A DNA stretch of 64,000 nt, taken from contig CAVPJD010000031.1 of NCBI GenBank assembly GCA_963705165.1, positions 34,819 through 98,818 of the forward strand, in the 5' to 3' direction. The notes beneath the pieces were generated by a model. That model did not search any database. It was not told where the DNA came from and saw only the letters and a program-made list of their open reading frames with translations. Each line of letters begins with the position of its first letter. Position 1 is the first letter of the stretch. The DNA is from an uncultured delta proteobacterium. GTDB taxonomy: Bacteria; Desulfobacterota; Syntrophia; Syntrophales; UBA2192. Made by a program: the position numbers and the translations under genes. Shown here in pieces: positions 28,249 through 37,103 of this stretch.

Positions 28249-28839
28249 TTAAAGATGGTATTTCCTGACTACCGCCGACACAATTCCCGCGATCTTCAGC
28301 TCCTCCCTCGCGCGGATGGGGGGATACTTCGGGTTGGCCGACTCCAGCACGACGGCGCCGCTTTTCGTCCGGGTGAAGTACTTCATGGTCCACTCGCCGT
28401 CCACCTGGGCCACGACCACGTCGCCCGCCCTGGGCTCTCTCCCCCGCTCGACAATCACGAGGTCTCCCGGCATGATCCCCTCGCCCGTCATGGAGTCGCC
28501 GCTTACCCGCAGCAGGAAGGACGCCTCGGGCTTCGTCACGAGGTACTCGTCGAGCGACACGAGGTCCCGCAGCTCCTCCTCGGAGGGCGTCGGGAACCCG
28601 GCCTGGATGGCGCCGACGAGCGGCAGGGCGAAGCCGCGCCGCACGGGCCGCAGGAGCCCCTTGCGGTCCTTCTCGAGGATGCCATCCCTCAGGAGCTTTC
28701 GCATCCAGAAGTGGACGACGCTCTTCGAGCGCACCCCCAGCAGCGGGAGCATCTCCGAGTAGGCCGGCATCCGCCGGTGGTCCCGGTAGAACCCGGCAAG
28801 CCTTCTCGATACGGTTTCAACGGTTCGCTTTTCCAGCAT
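28249..28839 (-). CDS. lexA: LexA repressor (S24 peptidase)
   Basis: N-terminal wHTH. Ala-Gly cleavage region VGAIQAGFP. Catalytic SGDSM and a downstream Lys (EWTMKYF). Confidence 0.9.
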   Translation of the reverse strand: MLEKRTVETVSRRLAGFYRDHRRMPAYSEMLPLLGVRSKSVVHFWMRKLLRDGILEKDRKGLLRPVRRGFALPLVGAIQAGFPTPSEEELRDLVSLDEYLVTKPEASFLLRVSGDSMTGEGIMPGDLVIVERGREPRAGDVVVAQVDGEWTMKYFTRTKSGAVVLESANPKYPPIRAREELKIAGIVSAVVRKYHL

Positions 28840-28887
28840 GAAAGAATACCTTTACCGCGCCTTATCTCTGCCTGCCCTTCTTCCATG

Positions 28888-29325
28888 TTATTGTCCCCCT
28901 CCCTTGATGGGAGGGGCCAGGGGAGGGTGAAATTCGTCCCCCTCTCCTCGATCCTCTCCCACCAAGGGAGAGGAAGCCAGAGACGCAGGAGGGTGACCTA
29001 TGACATTCCGCCGTATCACTTCCAAAATCCCCTCAGCATTCTCAAATACATCGTTGTTCCAGAGTCTCAGCACCCTGAAACCCTGGCTTCGAAGCCAGGC
29101 ATCTCTTTCTGCATCACGCATACTGCCGGCGTGCTGCCCACCATCAAGTTCAATGACAAACTTCTTGTCAAAAGACACGAAATCCACAATGTATTTCCCG
29201 ATAGGTTCCTGCCTCCTGAACTTGATCCCTTCCAATTGTTTGGCCTTCAGGTGCCTCCACAATCGCTTTTCCACCTCGGTCTGTCTTTTCCTGAGCCCTT
29301 TTGCAATTGTTGAAGCGGAATCCAT
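28888..29325 (-). CDS. DUF559 (Vsr-like endonuclease domain) protein
   Basis: EVEKRLWRHLKAKQLEGIKFRRQEPIGKYIVDFV...VIELDGGQH...D..RDAWLRSQGFRVLRLWNNDV. The C-terminal tail runs into the repeat. Confidence 0.75.
   Translation of the reverse strand: MDSASTIAKGLRKRQTEVEKRLWRHLKAKQLEGIKFRRQEPIGKYIVDFVSFDKKFVIELDGGQHAGSMRDAERDAWLRSQGFRVLRLWNNDVFENAEGILEVIRRNVIGHPPASLASSPLVGEDRGEGDEFHPPLAPPIKGGGQ
28895..28977. repeat. Two GER-type hairpin repeats (CCTCTCCC...GGGAGAGG plus GGTGAGGG tail)
   Basis: cccctcccttgatgggagggg...gggagggtga, then ccccctctcctcgatcctctcccaccaagggagagg. They flank the 3' end of the DUF559 gene. Confidence 0.8.
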
Positions 29326-29330
29326 CCATT

Positions 29331-29408
29331 TCCCCCTCTCCTTGATCCTCTCCCACCAGGGGAGAGGAAATTTAATGAAACTCCTCCCCCACCAAGGGGG
29401 AGGAGGAG
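29331..29408. repeat. Two GER-type hairpin repeats
   Basis: tccccctctccttgatcctctcccaccaggggagagg and ctcctcccccaccaagggggaggaggag. They flank the 5' end of the DUF559 gene. Confidence 0.8.
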
Positions 29409-29421
29409 TAAAGGAATTCGC

Positions 29422-29450
29422 TTGACATCGCTTGCCTCTCAGGGTATAGA
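29422..29450 (+). promoter_or_regulatory. Candidate sigma70 promoter of the pgpA-cinA-thpR-recA cluster
   Basis: TTGACA (29422-29427), 17-nt spacer, TATAGA (29445-29450). A second TTGACA lies on the opposite strand at 29464-29469. Confidence 0.5.
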
Positions 29451-29462
29451 ACGTTCGTTCTA
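29447..29462. promoter_or_regulatory. Candidate LexA (SOS) box, GAAC-N4-GTTC type
   Basis: Perfect 16-bp palindrome TAGAACGTTCGTTCTA overlapping the -10 element. Lies between divergent lexA and recA-containing clusters. Confidence 0.5.
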
Positions 29463-29577
29463 TTGTCAAGGGGATTTTGGGGGTCCCGCGGCCGCTCCGG
29501 TGCGGCGGAAGGACATCAAAATTATTGACGGGGTTGACGAAAGACGATAAGGTTGTCGCCGCGCAAGTGAGGGATAG

Positions 29578-30099
29578 CATGGCCCGGACGGGACCGGTTC
29601 TGTTCCTGCCGAGCGGCTGAACGTCGAAGGGGGGGCCTCTCTGGGAAAGACGGTCATCAAGCTCATCGCCACGGGATTCGGAAGCGGCTACTCGCCCTTC
29701 GCGCCCGGCACGGCGGGCACACTCGTCGGCATACCCCTTTATCTGGCCCTTTCGTCTCTATCCTGGCCCCTCTACCTCGTATCGGTGTCGGTCCTCACCC
29801 TTCTTGCCGTCTATGCATCGGGTGAAGCGGAGAGGATCTTCGATAGGAAGGATTCCCCCCGGATCGTCATCGACGAGATCGTCGGCCTCCTCTGGTCGCT
29901 TGCCTTTGTGGGCCCGACGATCGGCCGGATCGTGCTGGCCTTTTTCCTTTTCAGGTTCTTCGACATCGTGAAACCCCCTCCGGCGCGCTGGTGCCAGGAC
30001 AGGCTCCCCGGCGGCTGGGGCGTGGTGATGGACGACGTCGCGGCGGGGATCTGGGCAAACGTGGTGCTTTTGCTGGTCTTGCACTTTTTTAATTTCTGA
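29578..30099 (+). CDS. pgpA: Phosphatidylglycerophosphatase A (PgpA); start codon unresolved
   Basis: Open frame encodes KLIATGFGSGYSPFAPGTAGTLVG...FDIVKPPPARW...GGWGVVMDDVAAG. No ATG, GTG or TTG in frame before GTG 29785. Confidence 0.75.
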   Translation, partial: HGPDGTGSVPAERLNVEGGASLGKTVIKLIATGFGSGYSPFAPGTAGTLVGIPLYLALSSLSWPLYLVSVSVLTLLAVYASGEAERIFDRKDSPRIVIDEIVGLLWSLAFVGPTIGRIVLAFFLFRFFDIVKPPPARWCQDRLPGGWGVVMDDVAAGIWANVVLLLVLHFFNF

Positions 30100-30105
30100 A
30101 AAAAT

Positions 30106-30222
30106 CTCCCCTGCCCTCCCTGGGGAGACCATTTCCTTTGTTCTCCTCCCCCGGTGGGAGGAGGAAGGAGGAGGGGGAGCATTCACCCTCACCCCGACCC
30201 TCTCCCCTCAAGGGAGAGGGAG
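30106..30222. repeat. Three GER-type hairpin repeats
   Basis: tctcccctgccctccctggggaga; ctcctcccccggtgggaggagg...ggagggggag; caccctcaccccgaccctctcccctcaagggagagggag. Confidence 0.8.
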
Positions 30223-30329
30223 CCTATTATAAGGTGGGGGTCACCGCAGGGAGAGGAAGATCAGGGAATAGGGTTTCCTCAGAGGGCACCGAGGGAAATT
30301 TGAGACCGCAACAAGGAAACTGGCCCCGA

Positions 30330-31034
30330 ATGAAAATAGGCATCTTGACCATCGGCGACGAGATCACCAGCGGGCGCATCCAGGACACCAACACAGCCTA
30401 CCTGGCCCGGGAATTCCATGTTCGCGGCTGGGAGGTCGCGGCCGTCATGAGTGTAGGCGACAGCATCAGTGCCATCAGGGACGCCCTGGACTGTATCCTG
30501 TCTGTCTCTGACGGCGTCGTCGTCACGGGGGGACTCGGGCCCACGGCCGATGACATCACCACAGAAGCCATCACGGAGATCTACGGCCTGCGGCTCTTCA
30601 CCGATGAAGCCGTCCTGCAGACGATCAAGGATCGATTCGCCCAGCGCGGGCTCCGCTGGAGCGATAACAACGCCAAGCAGGCCATGTTCCCCGAGGAGGC
30701 CATACCGCTGCGCAACCCCGTCGGCACCGCCTGGGGGTTCTGCCTCAAGCGGGTCGGAAAGCCGATTGTCGTTCTCCCCGGCGTCCCCATGGAAGTGAAA
30801 AAGATGGTCCCCGAGGTGGTCATCCCGCTTTTCGAGAAGGAGGATACCGCCGGCAAAAAGGCCATGGTCGTAAAGACCGTCAAGCTCTTCGGCCTCGCCG
30901 AGGCCCTCATCGACGACGCCCTGGCGGACTTGAAGTACGATCACGAGCATGTGAGCATCGGGTTTTACCCCCGGTTTCCCGAAAACCACGTCGTCATCAC
31001 CTCGTCGCACGACGATCGGGTCACGGGCGGATGA
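30330..31034 (+). CDS. cinA: CinA N-terminal (MoCF-type) domain ORF
   Basis: MKIGILTIGDEITSGRIQDTNTAYL... Ends at TGA 31032-31034. The C-terminal domain continues in another frame. Confidence 0.85.
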   Translation: MKIGILTIGDEITSGRIQDTNTAYLAREFHVRGWEVAAVMSVGDSISAIRDALDCILSVSDGVVVTGGLGPTADDITTEAITEIYGLRLFTDEAVLQTIKDRFAQRGLRWSDNNAKQAMFPEEAIPLRNPVGTAWGFCLKRVGKPIVVLPGVPMEVKKMVPEVVIPLFEKEDTAGKKAMVVKTVKLFGLAEALIDDALADLKYDHEHVSIGFYPRFPENHVVITSSHDDRVTGG

Positions 31035-31047
31035 AAACCTTGCCGAT

Positions 31048-31587
31048 GTGCTCAAAGGGGTCCAGGAGCGGCTCAGAAAAAATATCTTCGGCTACGATGA
31101 GGACACACTCGAAGGGATGATCGGCGCATTGCTCGCGGAAAAAAAGCTCACGATCAGCGTGGCCGAATCGCTCACGGGCGGTCTTCTGACCGACCGGATC
31201 ACCAACGTGCCGGGAAGCTCGGCGTACTTCGAGCGCGGCGTTGTGACCTACAGCAACCGCTCGAAGACGGAGCTGCTGGGCGTGCCCGAGGCAGTTCTGA
31301 AAGAACACGGCGCCGTGAGCAAAGAGGTGGCCGTCCTCATGGCCGAGGGCGTTCGCAAGGCGAGCGGCACCGACATCGGCGTTTCGACAACGGGCATTGC
31401 CGGCCCCGCGGGCGGCACGGACAAAAAGCCCGTGGGCACCATATTCATCGCCGTCTCCGACGGCACGCGGACCATCTGCCGCGACTTCTCCTTCAAGTGG
31501 GAGCGCAGGCGGATCAAGGAAATCACGACCCAGTGGGCATTGGAACTCATACGCAGGTTCCTCATGGGGGAAGACCATGTCCGATGA
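31048..31587 (+). CDS. cinA: CinA C-terminal nicotinamide-nucleotide amidase (PncC) domain ORF
   Basis: ISVAESLTGGLLTDRITNVPGSSAYFERGVVTYSN...GIAGPAGG. This frame is also open upstream (SRADENLADV), which suggests a frameshift split. Confidence 0.85.
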   Translation: MLKGVQERLRKNIFGYDEDTLEGMIGALLAEKKLTISVAESLTGGLLTDRITNVPGSSAYFERGVVTYSNRSKTELLGVPEAVLKEHGAVSKEVAVLMAEGVRKASGTDIGVSTTGIAGPAGGTDKKPVGTIFIAVSDGTRTICRDFSFKWERRRIKEITTQWALELIRRFLMGEDHVR

Positions 31588-32158
31588 CAACACGATCAGG
31601 ACGTTTCTGGCCATCGAGCTCCCGAAGGAGATCCTGGAGCAGTTCGAACGGCTCCAGTACCGCCTGGACCGGTCGGTGACGGGTGTCGTCCGCTGGGCAA
31701 AGAAGGGAAGCACCCACCTGACGCTGAAATTCTTCGGGAACATGACGGAGCGAGACATCCGCAGTATCGAGGACACCCTGAAAGCGAAGGTGCCGGCGCT
31801 CGCTCCGATTCCCATCGCCGTCGGTACGATGGGCGTCTTCCCGAACCTGGCGAGGCCCCGCGTCCTCTGGGTGGGGATCGCGACAGGTCTGAAGGAACTC
31901 ACGGCCATGCAGGCCGAAATCGAAGCGGCCCTCGAGGCTGCGGGATTCCCGCGCGAGGAGAGGCCCTACCGGCCGCACCTGACGCTGGGGCGCATGAAGG
32001 CCGACCGGAAGATCGACGGGCTCGAAAAGGCCATCGAGAGTCACAAGGACTTTGCCGCGGGCTCCTTTACAGCCGGGGAGATGATCCTCTTCCGGAGCGA
32101 TCTGAAGCCCACGGGCCCCGAGTACACAGCCCTTGCGAAGTTCAAGCTGGGCCTATAG
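31577..32158 (+). CDS. thpR: RNA 2',3'-cyclic phosphodiesterase (2'-5' RNA ligase family)
   Basis: Two HxTx motifs (HLTLKF, HLTLGR). 193 aa. Overlaps the cinA-C end by 11 nt. Confidence 0.85.
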   Translation: MSDDNTIRTFLAIELPKEILEQFERLQYRLDRSVTGVVRWAKKGSTHLTLKFFGNMTERDIRSIEDTLKAKVPALAPIPIAVGTMGVFPNLARPRVLWVGIATGLKELTAMQAEIEAALEAAGFPREERPYRPHLTLGRMKADRKIDGLEKAIESHKDFAAGSFTAGEMILFRSDLKPTGPEYTALAKFKLGL

Positions 32159-32170
32159 CGACCCTCGTCC

Positions 32171-32215
32171 TTGATCTTCCTCTCCCCTCCGTGGGAGAGG
32201 ATTGAGGTGAGGGGG
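32171..32215. repeat. GER-type hairpin repeat
   Basis: cctctcccctccgtgggagaggattgaggtgaggggg. Confidence 0.8.
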
Positions 32216-32281
32216 ATGGTTCGTCGTTCGTCAGGCTCACGATGACTGCTCACCATGGCGAACAGAGATGTCATCCTGAGC
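32214..32281. repeat. 68-nt repeat, family B copy 1
   Basis: ggatggttcgtcgttcgtcaggctcacgatgactgctcaccatggcgaacagagatgtcatcctgagc. 66/68 identical to 39333-39400. Confidence 0.9.
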
Positions 32282-32305
32282 TGGTCGAAGGGCCCCCTCC
32301 TCCAG

Positions 32306-32344
32306 CTCCTCCCGCCAGGGGAGGAGAATAACGGGGTCGGGGAG
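32306..32344. repeat. GER-type hairpin repeat
   Basis: ctcctcccgccaggggaggagaataacggggtcggggag. Confidence 0.75.
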
Positions 32345-32387
32345 AAAATGAATGCGCTTTTTTATTGTTACGAGGAGCACCTTGTTC

Positions 32388-32423
32388 TGTCATTGCGAGG
32401 AGCGGAAGCGACGAAGCAATCTC
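32388..32423. repeat. Hairpin repeat, family F (TGTCATTGCGAG...GCAATC)
   Basis: tgtcattgcgaggagcggaagcgacgaagcaatctc. Related copy at 37687-37715. Confidence 0.7.
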
Positions 32424-32455
32424 TATCAATCGTAGATTACCACGCCTCGGAACAT

Positions 32456-32495
32456 CCACCCTCACCCCGACCCTCTTTCCTCAAGGGAGAGGGAG
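32456..32495. repeat. GER-type hairpin repeat (reverse orientation)
   Basis: ccaccctcaccccgaccctctttcctcaagggagagggag. Confidence 0.8.
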
Positions 32496-32581
32496 ATCAG
32501 GGAATTGGGTTTCCAGAGGCTCGGCTCGTAATGACAATTACCTCTCAAACGATCACAACCTCCAGGAGGGAATAAAAGAAA

Positions 32582-33634
32582 ATGGCATCACATGAATCGG
32601 ACCGTGAAAAGGCAGTAGAGCTTGCCATCACCCAGATCGAGCGGCAGTTCGGCAAGGGCTCCATCATGCGCCTGGGCGGCGCGGAGATCCTCGACGTGCT
32701 CGTGATCCCCACGGGGTCGCTGAGCCTCGACATGGCCCTCGGCGTGGGCGGCATCCCCCGGGGGCGCGTCATCGAGATCTACGGCCCCGAGGCGGGCGGC
32801 AAGACGACACTGGCCCTTCACATCGTCTCCGAGGCCCAGAAAATGGGCGGCCTCGCGGCCTTCGTCGACGCGGAGCACGCCCTCGACATGAGCTACGCGC
32901 GCAAGATCGGCGTCGATGTGGACAATCTGCTCATCGCCCAGCCCGACACGGGCGAGCAGGCCCTCGAGATCGCCGAGACGCTGGTGCGAAGCGGCGCCCT
33001 CGATGTCCTCGTCATCGACTCCGTGGCGGCACTCGTTCCCAAGGCCGAGCTCGAAGGCGACATGGGCGATGCCCAGATGGGCCTCCAGGCGCGCCTCATG
33101 TCCCAGGCCCTCCGCAAGCTCACGGGCACCATCAGCAAGTCCCGAACCTGCGTCATCTTCATCAACCAGCTGCGCATGAAGATCGGCATGTTCATGGGCA
33201 ACCCCGAGACGACGACCGGCGGCAACGCCCTGAAGTTCTACGCCTCCATGCGCCTGGACATCCGCAAGATCACGGCCATCAAGCAGGGCGAAAACGTCGT
33301 GGGCAACCACGTCCGCGTCAAGGTCGTGAAAAACAAGGTCGCCCCGCCCTTCCGCGAGACCGAGTTCGACATCATATTCGGCGAGGGGATCTCCAGGGAA
33401 GGCGACGTGCTGGATCTGGCCGTCAACAACGGCATTGTCGAGCGAAGCGGCACCTGGTACTCCTACAAGGGCGACCGCCTCGGCCAGGGCCGGGAGAACG
33501 TGCGCCTCGCCCTAAAGGACAACAAGGAGCTGCTGGCCAAAATCGAGGACGAGGTCCGCGAGAAATTCGGGTTGAAGAAGCCCGCACCGCCGGAGGAAAA
33601 ACCGCCGGAGAAAGAAAAAGAGAAGAAGAAGTAA
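32582..33634 (+). CDS. recA: Recombinase RecA
   Basis: 350 aa. [13 protein letters not shown] Walker A and the full RecA core ([30 protein letters not shown]). Confidence 0.97.
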   Translation: MASHESDREKAVELAITQIERQFGKGSIMRLGGAEILDVLVIPTGSLSLDMALGVGGIPRGRVIEIYGPEAGGKTTLALHIVSEAQKMGGLAAFVDAEHALDMSYARKIGVDVDNLLIAQPDTGEQALEIAETLVRSGALDVLVIDSVAALVPKAELEGDMGDAQMGLQARLMSQALRKLTGTISKSRTCVIFINQLRMKIGMFMGNPETTTGGNALKFYASMRLDIRKITAIKQGENVVGNHVRVKVVKNKVAPPFRETEFDIIFGEGISREGDVLDLAVNNGIVERSGTWYSYKGDRLGQGRENVRLALKDNKELLAKIEDEVREKFGLKKPAPPEEKPPEKEKEKKK

Positions 33635-34129
33635 ATGGAGGACCACCTCCAATATAAAAGGGCCAGGGATCGGGCCTTGCGGCTTCTGGCCCTGCGGGGC
33701 CGCAGCAGGGCGGAATTATGGAAGAAACTCGCCGAGAGGGACTTCACAAAATCCGCCATCGAACGAGTGCTTGAAAATCTCGACGAGCTGGGGTATCTCG
33801 ACGACGAGGCCTTTGCCGTAAACCGGGCAAGGCACCTCGCCGTGAACCGCCTCTACGGCAACCGCAAGATCGAGGAGCAGCTGCGGGAAAAGGGTATCGA
33901 CCGCGAGGCGGCCAAGGCGGCCATCCGCGAGGTCCGCGAGGAGTTCCCCGAGATGGAAGGGATCGCCCGGTCTGCGGCCAAGAAGCTCCCGGGCCGGAGC
34001 ATCGGCGGCCTCAATAAAAACGAGAGACTGGCCCTTGCCCGCATGCTGCAGGGCAAAGGCTATCATCTGGGACTTATTCTCGATTATCTGGGAAAATACG
34101 AGGAGGGAATCGTACATGACATCGAGTGA
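33635..34129 (+). CDS. recX: RecA regulator RecX
   Basis: 164 aa helical-repeat protein (RALRLLALRGRSRAELWKKL) immediately after recA. Confidence 0.88.
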   Translation: MEDHLQYKRARDRALRLLALRGRSRAELWKKLAERDFTKSAIERVLENLDELGYLDDEAFAVNRARHLAVNRLYGNRKIEEQLREKGIDREAAKAAIREVREEFPEMEGIARSAAKKLPGRSIGGLNKNERLALARMLQGKGYHLGLILDYLGKYEEGIVHDIE

Positions 34130-36785
34130 GATCAGGGCAAAATTTCTCGAGTACTTCAAGGAGAGGGGCCACACCGTCATCGCGAGTTCGTCGCTCATCC
34201 CCAAGGATGACCCGACGCTTCTCTTCACCAACTCGGGGATGGTGCAGTTCAAGGACTGCTTCCTGGGCCTGGAGGATCGCGGCTACTACCGGGCCGCAAG
34301 CTCCCAGAAGTGCGTGCGCGCGGGCGGCAAGCACAACGACCTGGAAAACGTGGGCTACACGGCGCGCCACCACACCTTCTTCGAGATGCTCGGCAATTTC
34401 TCCTTCGGCGACTACTTCAAGAAGGAGTCCATTGCCTGGGGCTGGGACTTCCTGATCAACGTCATGGGCCTCCCCAAAGAGAAGATGTACATCACGATCT
34501 TCACGGACGACGACGAGGCCTTCGAGATCTGGAACAAGCAGGAGGGCGTACCCGCCGACCGCATCGTCCGCATGGGCATGGACAGCAACTTCTGGATGGT
34601 GGGCGAGACGGGCCCCTGCGGCCCCTGCTCCGAGATCCTCTACGACCAGGGCCCCGAGGTGGGCTGCGGCAGGCCCGAGTGCAACGTCGAGTGCACCTGC
34701 GATAGGCACCTCGAGATCTGGAACCACGTCTTCACGCAGTTCGACCGCAACCTCGACGGCAGCTTCACGCCCCTTCCGAAACCCAACATCGACACGGGCA
34801 TGGGCCTCGAGCGCCTGGCGGCCATCGTCCAGGGCAAGAATACCAACTACGATACGGACCTCTTCACCCCCATCATCCACACTATCGCCAAGCTTGCCGG
34901 CAAGAAGTACGGCGGCAACCCCGACAACGACGTCTCCATGCGGGTCATCGCCGATCACGCCCGCGCCGTCTTCTTCCTGATCGGCGACGGCATCCTGCCC
35001 TCCAACGAGGGCCGCGGCTACGTGCTGAGGCGCATCCTGCGCCGCGCCTGCCGCCATGGGAAGCTCCTGGGCTTCGACAAGCCCTTCCTCAATGAAGTCG
35101 TCACCTCCGTTGTGGACGCCATGAAGGACGCCTACCCCGAGATCGTCGACCGGATGGCCTTCGTCCAGAAGGTCATCTTCAACGAGGAGCAGCGCTTCCT
35201 CGAGACCCTCGACACGGGCCTTCGCATCCTCAACGACGAGGTGGCCAAGCTCATGGCCGTGGGCAGCGCCGTGATCCCCGGCGAGGTCGTATTCAAGCTC
35301 TACGACACCTACGGATTTCCCACCGACCTCACGGCTGACATCGTGAAGAAGGACCGGCTCACCCTCGACATGGAGGGCTTCGAGAAGCTGATGGAGGCCC
35401 AGCGCGTGATGGCCCGCGAGAGCTGGAAGGGAAGCGGCGAATCCGCCGTGGCCGACAGCTACAAAAAGCTCTCGCTCCGGGGCATCAAATCCGAGCTGGT
35501 GGGCTACGAGGAGGTCACCGAGACCACCTCCTTCGTGACGGCCATCCTCAAGAAGGACGACGAGGTGGACGTCATCACCGAGGGCACCAACGCCGAGATC
35601 TTCACCGACCAGACACCCTTCTACGGCGAAACGGGCGGCCAGGTGGGCGATACGGGCGTCATCGAGGGCGAAGGCTTCCTCTTCGAGGTCTGGGACACCC
35701 AGCGCCCCGACGAGAACCTCATCACCCACATCGGAAAGCTCAGGAAGGGCACCATTCGCGTAAACGACTCGGTCCACCTCAAGGTCGAGAAGAACACCCG
35801 CAGGGCAACCGAGGCCAACCACTCGGCCACGCACCTGCTCAACGCGGCCCTGCACAGCGTGCTGGGCGATCACGTCAAGCAGGCGGGCTCGCTCGTCAAC
35901 CCCGAGCGCCTGCGATTCGACTTCACGCACTTCTCCCGCATCGAGGATTACGAACTGGACCGGATCGAGACGATCGCCAACGAGCTCATCCAGGCCAACC
36001 TCCCCGTCAAGACGAGCATCCTCGACAAGGAGCAGGCCATGAAGACAGGCGCCCATGCCGTCTTCGACGAGAAGTACGCCGACAAGGTCCGCGTCGTCCA
36101 GATGGGCAAGGTGAGCGCCGAGCTCTGCGGCGGCACCCACGTGACCCGCACCGGAAACATCGGCGTGCTGAAGATCATCAGCGAGTCGGCCGTGGCGGCG
36201 GGCGTGCGCCGCATCGAGGCCGTGACGGGCCCCGAGGCCGTGAAGTTCATCAAGAAGGAAGACCACGAGCTGAAGAAGGTCGCCAACATGCTGCGCGCCA
36301 ACCCCTTCGAGGTGGCCGAGCGCATCGACAAGATGATGAAGCACCAGCGCGACCTGGAGCGCGAGATTGAGGGCCTCAAGGGAAAGCTCGCCGCCAAGGA
36401 ATCGGGCGACATCATCAAGAAGGCCAAGAAGGTCGGCGAGGTGAAGCTCCTGGCCGAGCGGGTCGAGGTCTCCGACGTGAAGGCCCTGCGAGACTTCGGC
36501 GACAAGCTGCGCGACAAGATGGATTCGGGCATCATCTGCCTGGGAAGCCAGGTGGGCGAGAAGGCCATGCTGCTCTGCATGGTCACGAAGGATCTGGCGG
36601 GCAAGTACAACGCCGGCGACATCGTCAAGGAGATCGCCCCCATCGTGGGCGGCAGCGGCGGCGGCAGGCCCGACATGGCCCAAGCCGGCGGCACCCAGCC
36701 CGAAAACATCGACAAGGCTTTGAAAAAAGTAAGAGATCTGCTAAAAGGAGAGAAGAAAGCGGAAAAGAAGGCCTCCAAGAAGTAA
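34116..36785 (+). CDS. alaS: Alanine--tRNA ligase
   Basis: MTSSEIRAKFLEYFKERGH start, FTNSGMVQFKD, editing-domain HSATHLL / CGGTH, C-terminal DHHA1. GAGGAGGG RBS before ATG 34116. Confidence 0.97.
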   Translation: MTSSEIRAKFLEYFKERGHTVIASSSLIPKDDPTLLFTNSGMVQFKDCFLGLEDRGYYRAASSQKCVRAGGKHNDLENVGYTARHHTFFEMLGNFSFGDYFKKESIAWGWDFLINVMGLPKEKMYITIFTDDDEAFEIWNKQEGVPADRIVRMGMDSNFWMVGETGPCGPCSEILYDQGPEVGCGRPECNVECTCDRHLEIWNHVFTQFDRNLDGSFTPLPKPNIDTGMGLERLAAIVQGKNTNYDTDLFTPIIHTIAKLAGKKYGGNPDNDVSMRVIADHARAVFFLIGDGILPSNEGRGYVLRRILRRACRHGKLLGFDKPFLNEVVTSVVDAMKDAYPEIVDRMAFVQKVIFNEEQRFLETLDTGLRILNDEVAKLMAVGSAVIPGEVVFKLYDTYGFPTDLTADIVKKDRLTLDMEGFEKLMEAQRVMARESWKGSGESAVADSYKKLSLRGIKSELVGYEEVTETTSFVTAILKKDDEVDVITEGTNAEIFTDQTPFYGETGGQVGDTGVIEGEGFLFEVWDTQRPDENLITHIGKLRKGTIRVNDSVHLKVEKNTRRATEANHSATHLLNAALHSVLGDHVKQAGSLVNPERLRFDFTHFSRIEDYELDRIETIANELIQANLPVKTSILDKEQAMKTGAHAVFDEKYADKVRVVQMGKVSAELCGGTHVTRTGNIGVLKIISESAVAAGVRRIEAVTGPEAVKFIKKEDHELKKVANMLRANPFEVAERIDKMMKHQRDLEREIEGLKGKLAAKESGDIIKKAKKVGEVKLLAERVEVSDVKALRDFGDKLRDKMDSGIICLGSQVGEKAMLLCMVTKDLAGKYNAGDIVKEIAPIVGGSGGGRPDMAQAGGTQPENIDKALKKVRDLLKGEKKAEKKASKK

Positions 36786-36796
36786 ACCTCCATTTG

Positions 36797-36835
36797 CCTT
36801 CCTCTCCTCCGGCGGGAGAGGACAGAGGTGAGGGG
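36797..36835. repeat. GER-type hairpin repeat
   Basis: ccttcctctcctccggcgggagaggacagaggtgagggg. Confidence 0.8.
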
Positions 36836-36878
36836 AAAATTCTTCTTCAATAAAAAATGACTTTTCTTCGGGTGTGCT

Positions 36879-37097
36879 ATGACCCAATACAAAATTATCG
36901 TGGAAAAACATTCCGACGGTTACGTTGCCTATCCCCTGGGATTGAAGGGCATCGTAGTCGGTCAGGGTGACACCTACGAGGAGGCGCTCTTCGATGTGAA
37001 ATCCGCGATTCGTTTTCACATCGAAACCTTCGGAAGGGACATTTTTGACATGGATCCGCCTATACTGGAAGTGTTTGTTGCCGAAGCCGGGGTCTGA
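36879..37097 (+). CDS. hicB: HicB-family antitoxin
   Basis: MTQYKIIVEKHSDGYVAYPLGLKGIVVGQGDTYEEAL: UPF0150/HicB N-terminal fold pattern. Confidence 0.8.
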   Translation: MTQYKIIVEKHSDGYVAYPLGLKGIVVGQGDTYEEALFDVKSAIRFHIETFGRDIFDMDPPILEVFVAEAGV

Positions 37098-37103
37098 CAT
37101 CCA

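Noticed and set aside
26850-29313. 427-aa and 352-aa plus-strand ORFs over the polymerase/lexA/DUF559 region, and similar shadows at 15429-16481, 44368-45489, 3156-4184, 11755-12579 and 9446-10207
   Set aside because: Antisense to confidently identified genes, with no RBS or motifs.
34074-36683. 869-aa minus-strand ORF antisense to alaS
   Set aside because: alaS is unambiguous. The antisense translation has no recognisable domains and a biased composition.
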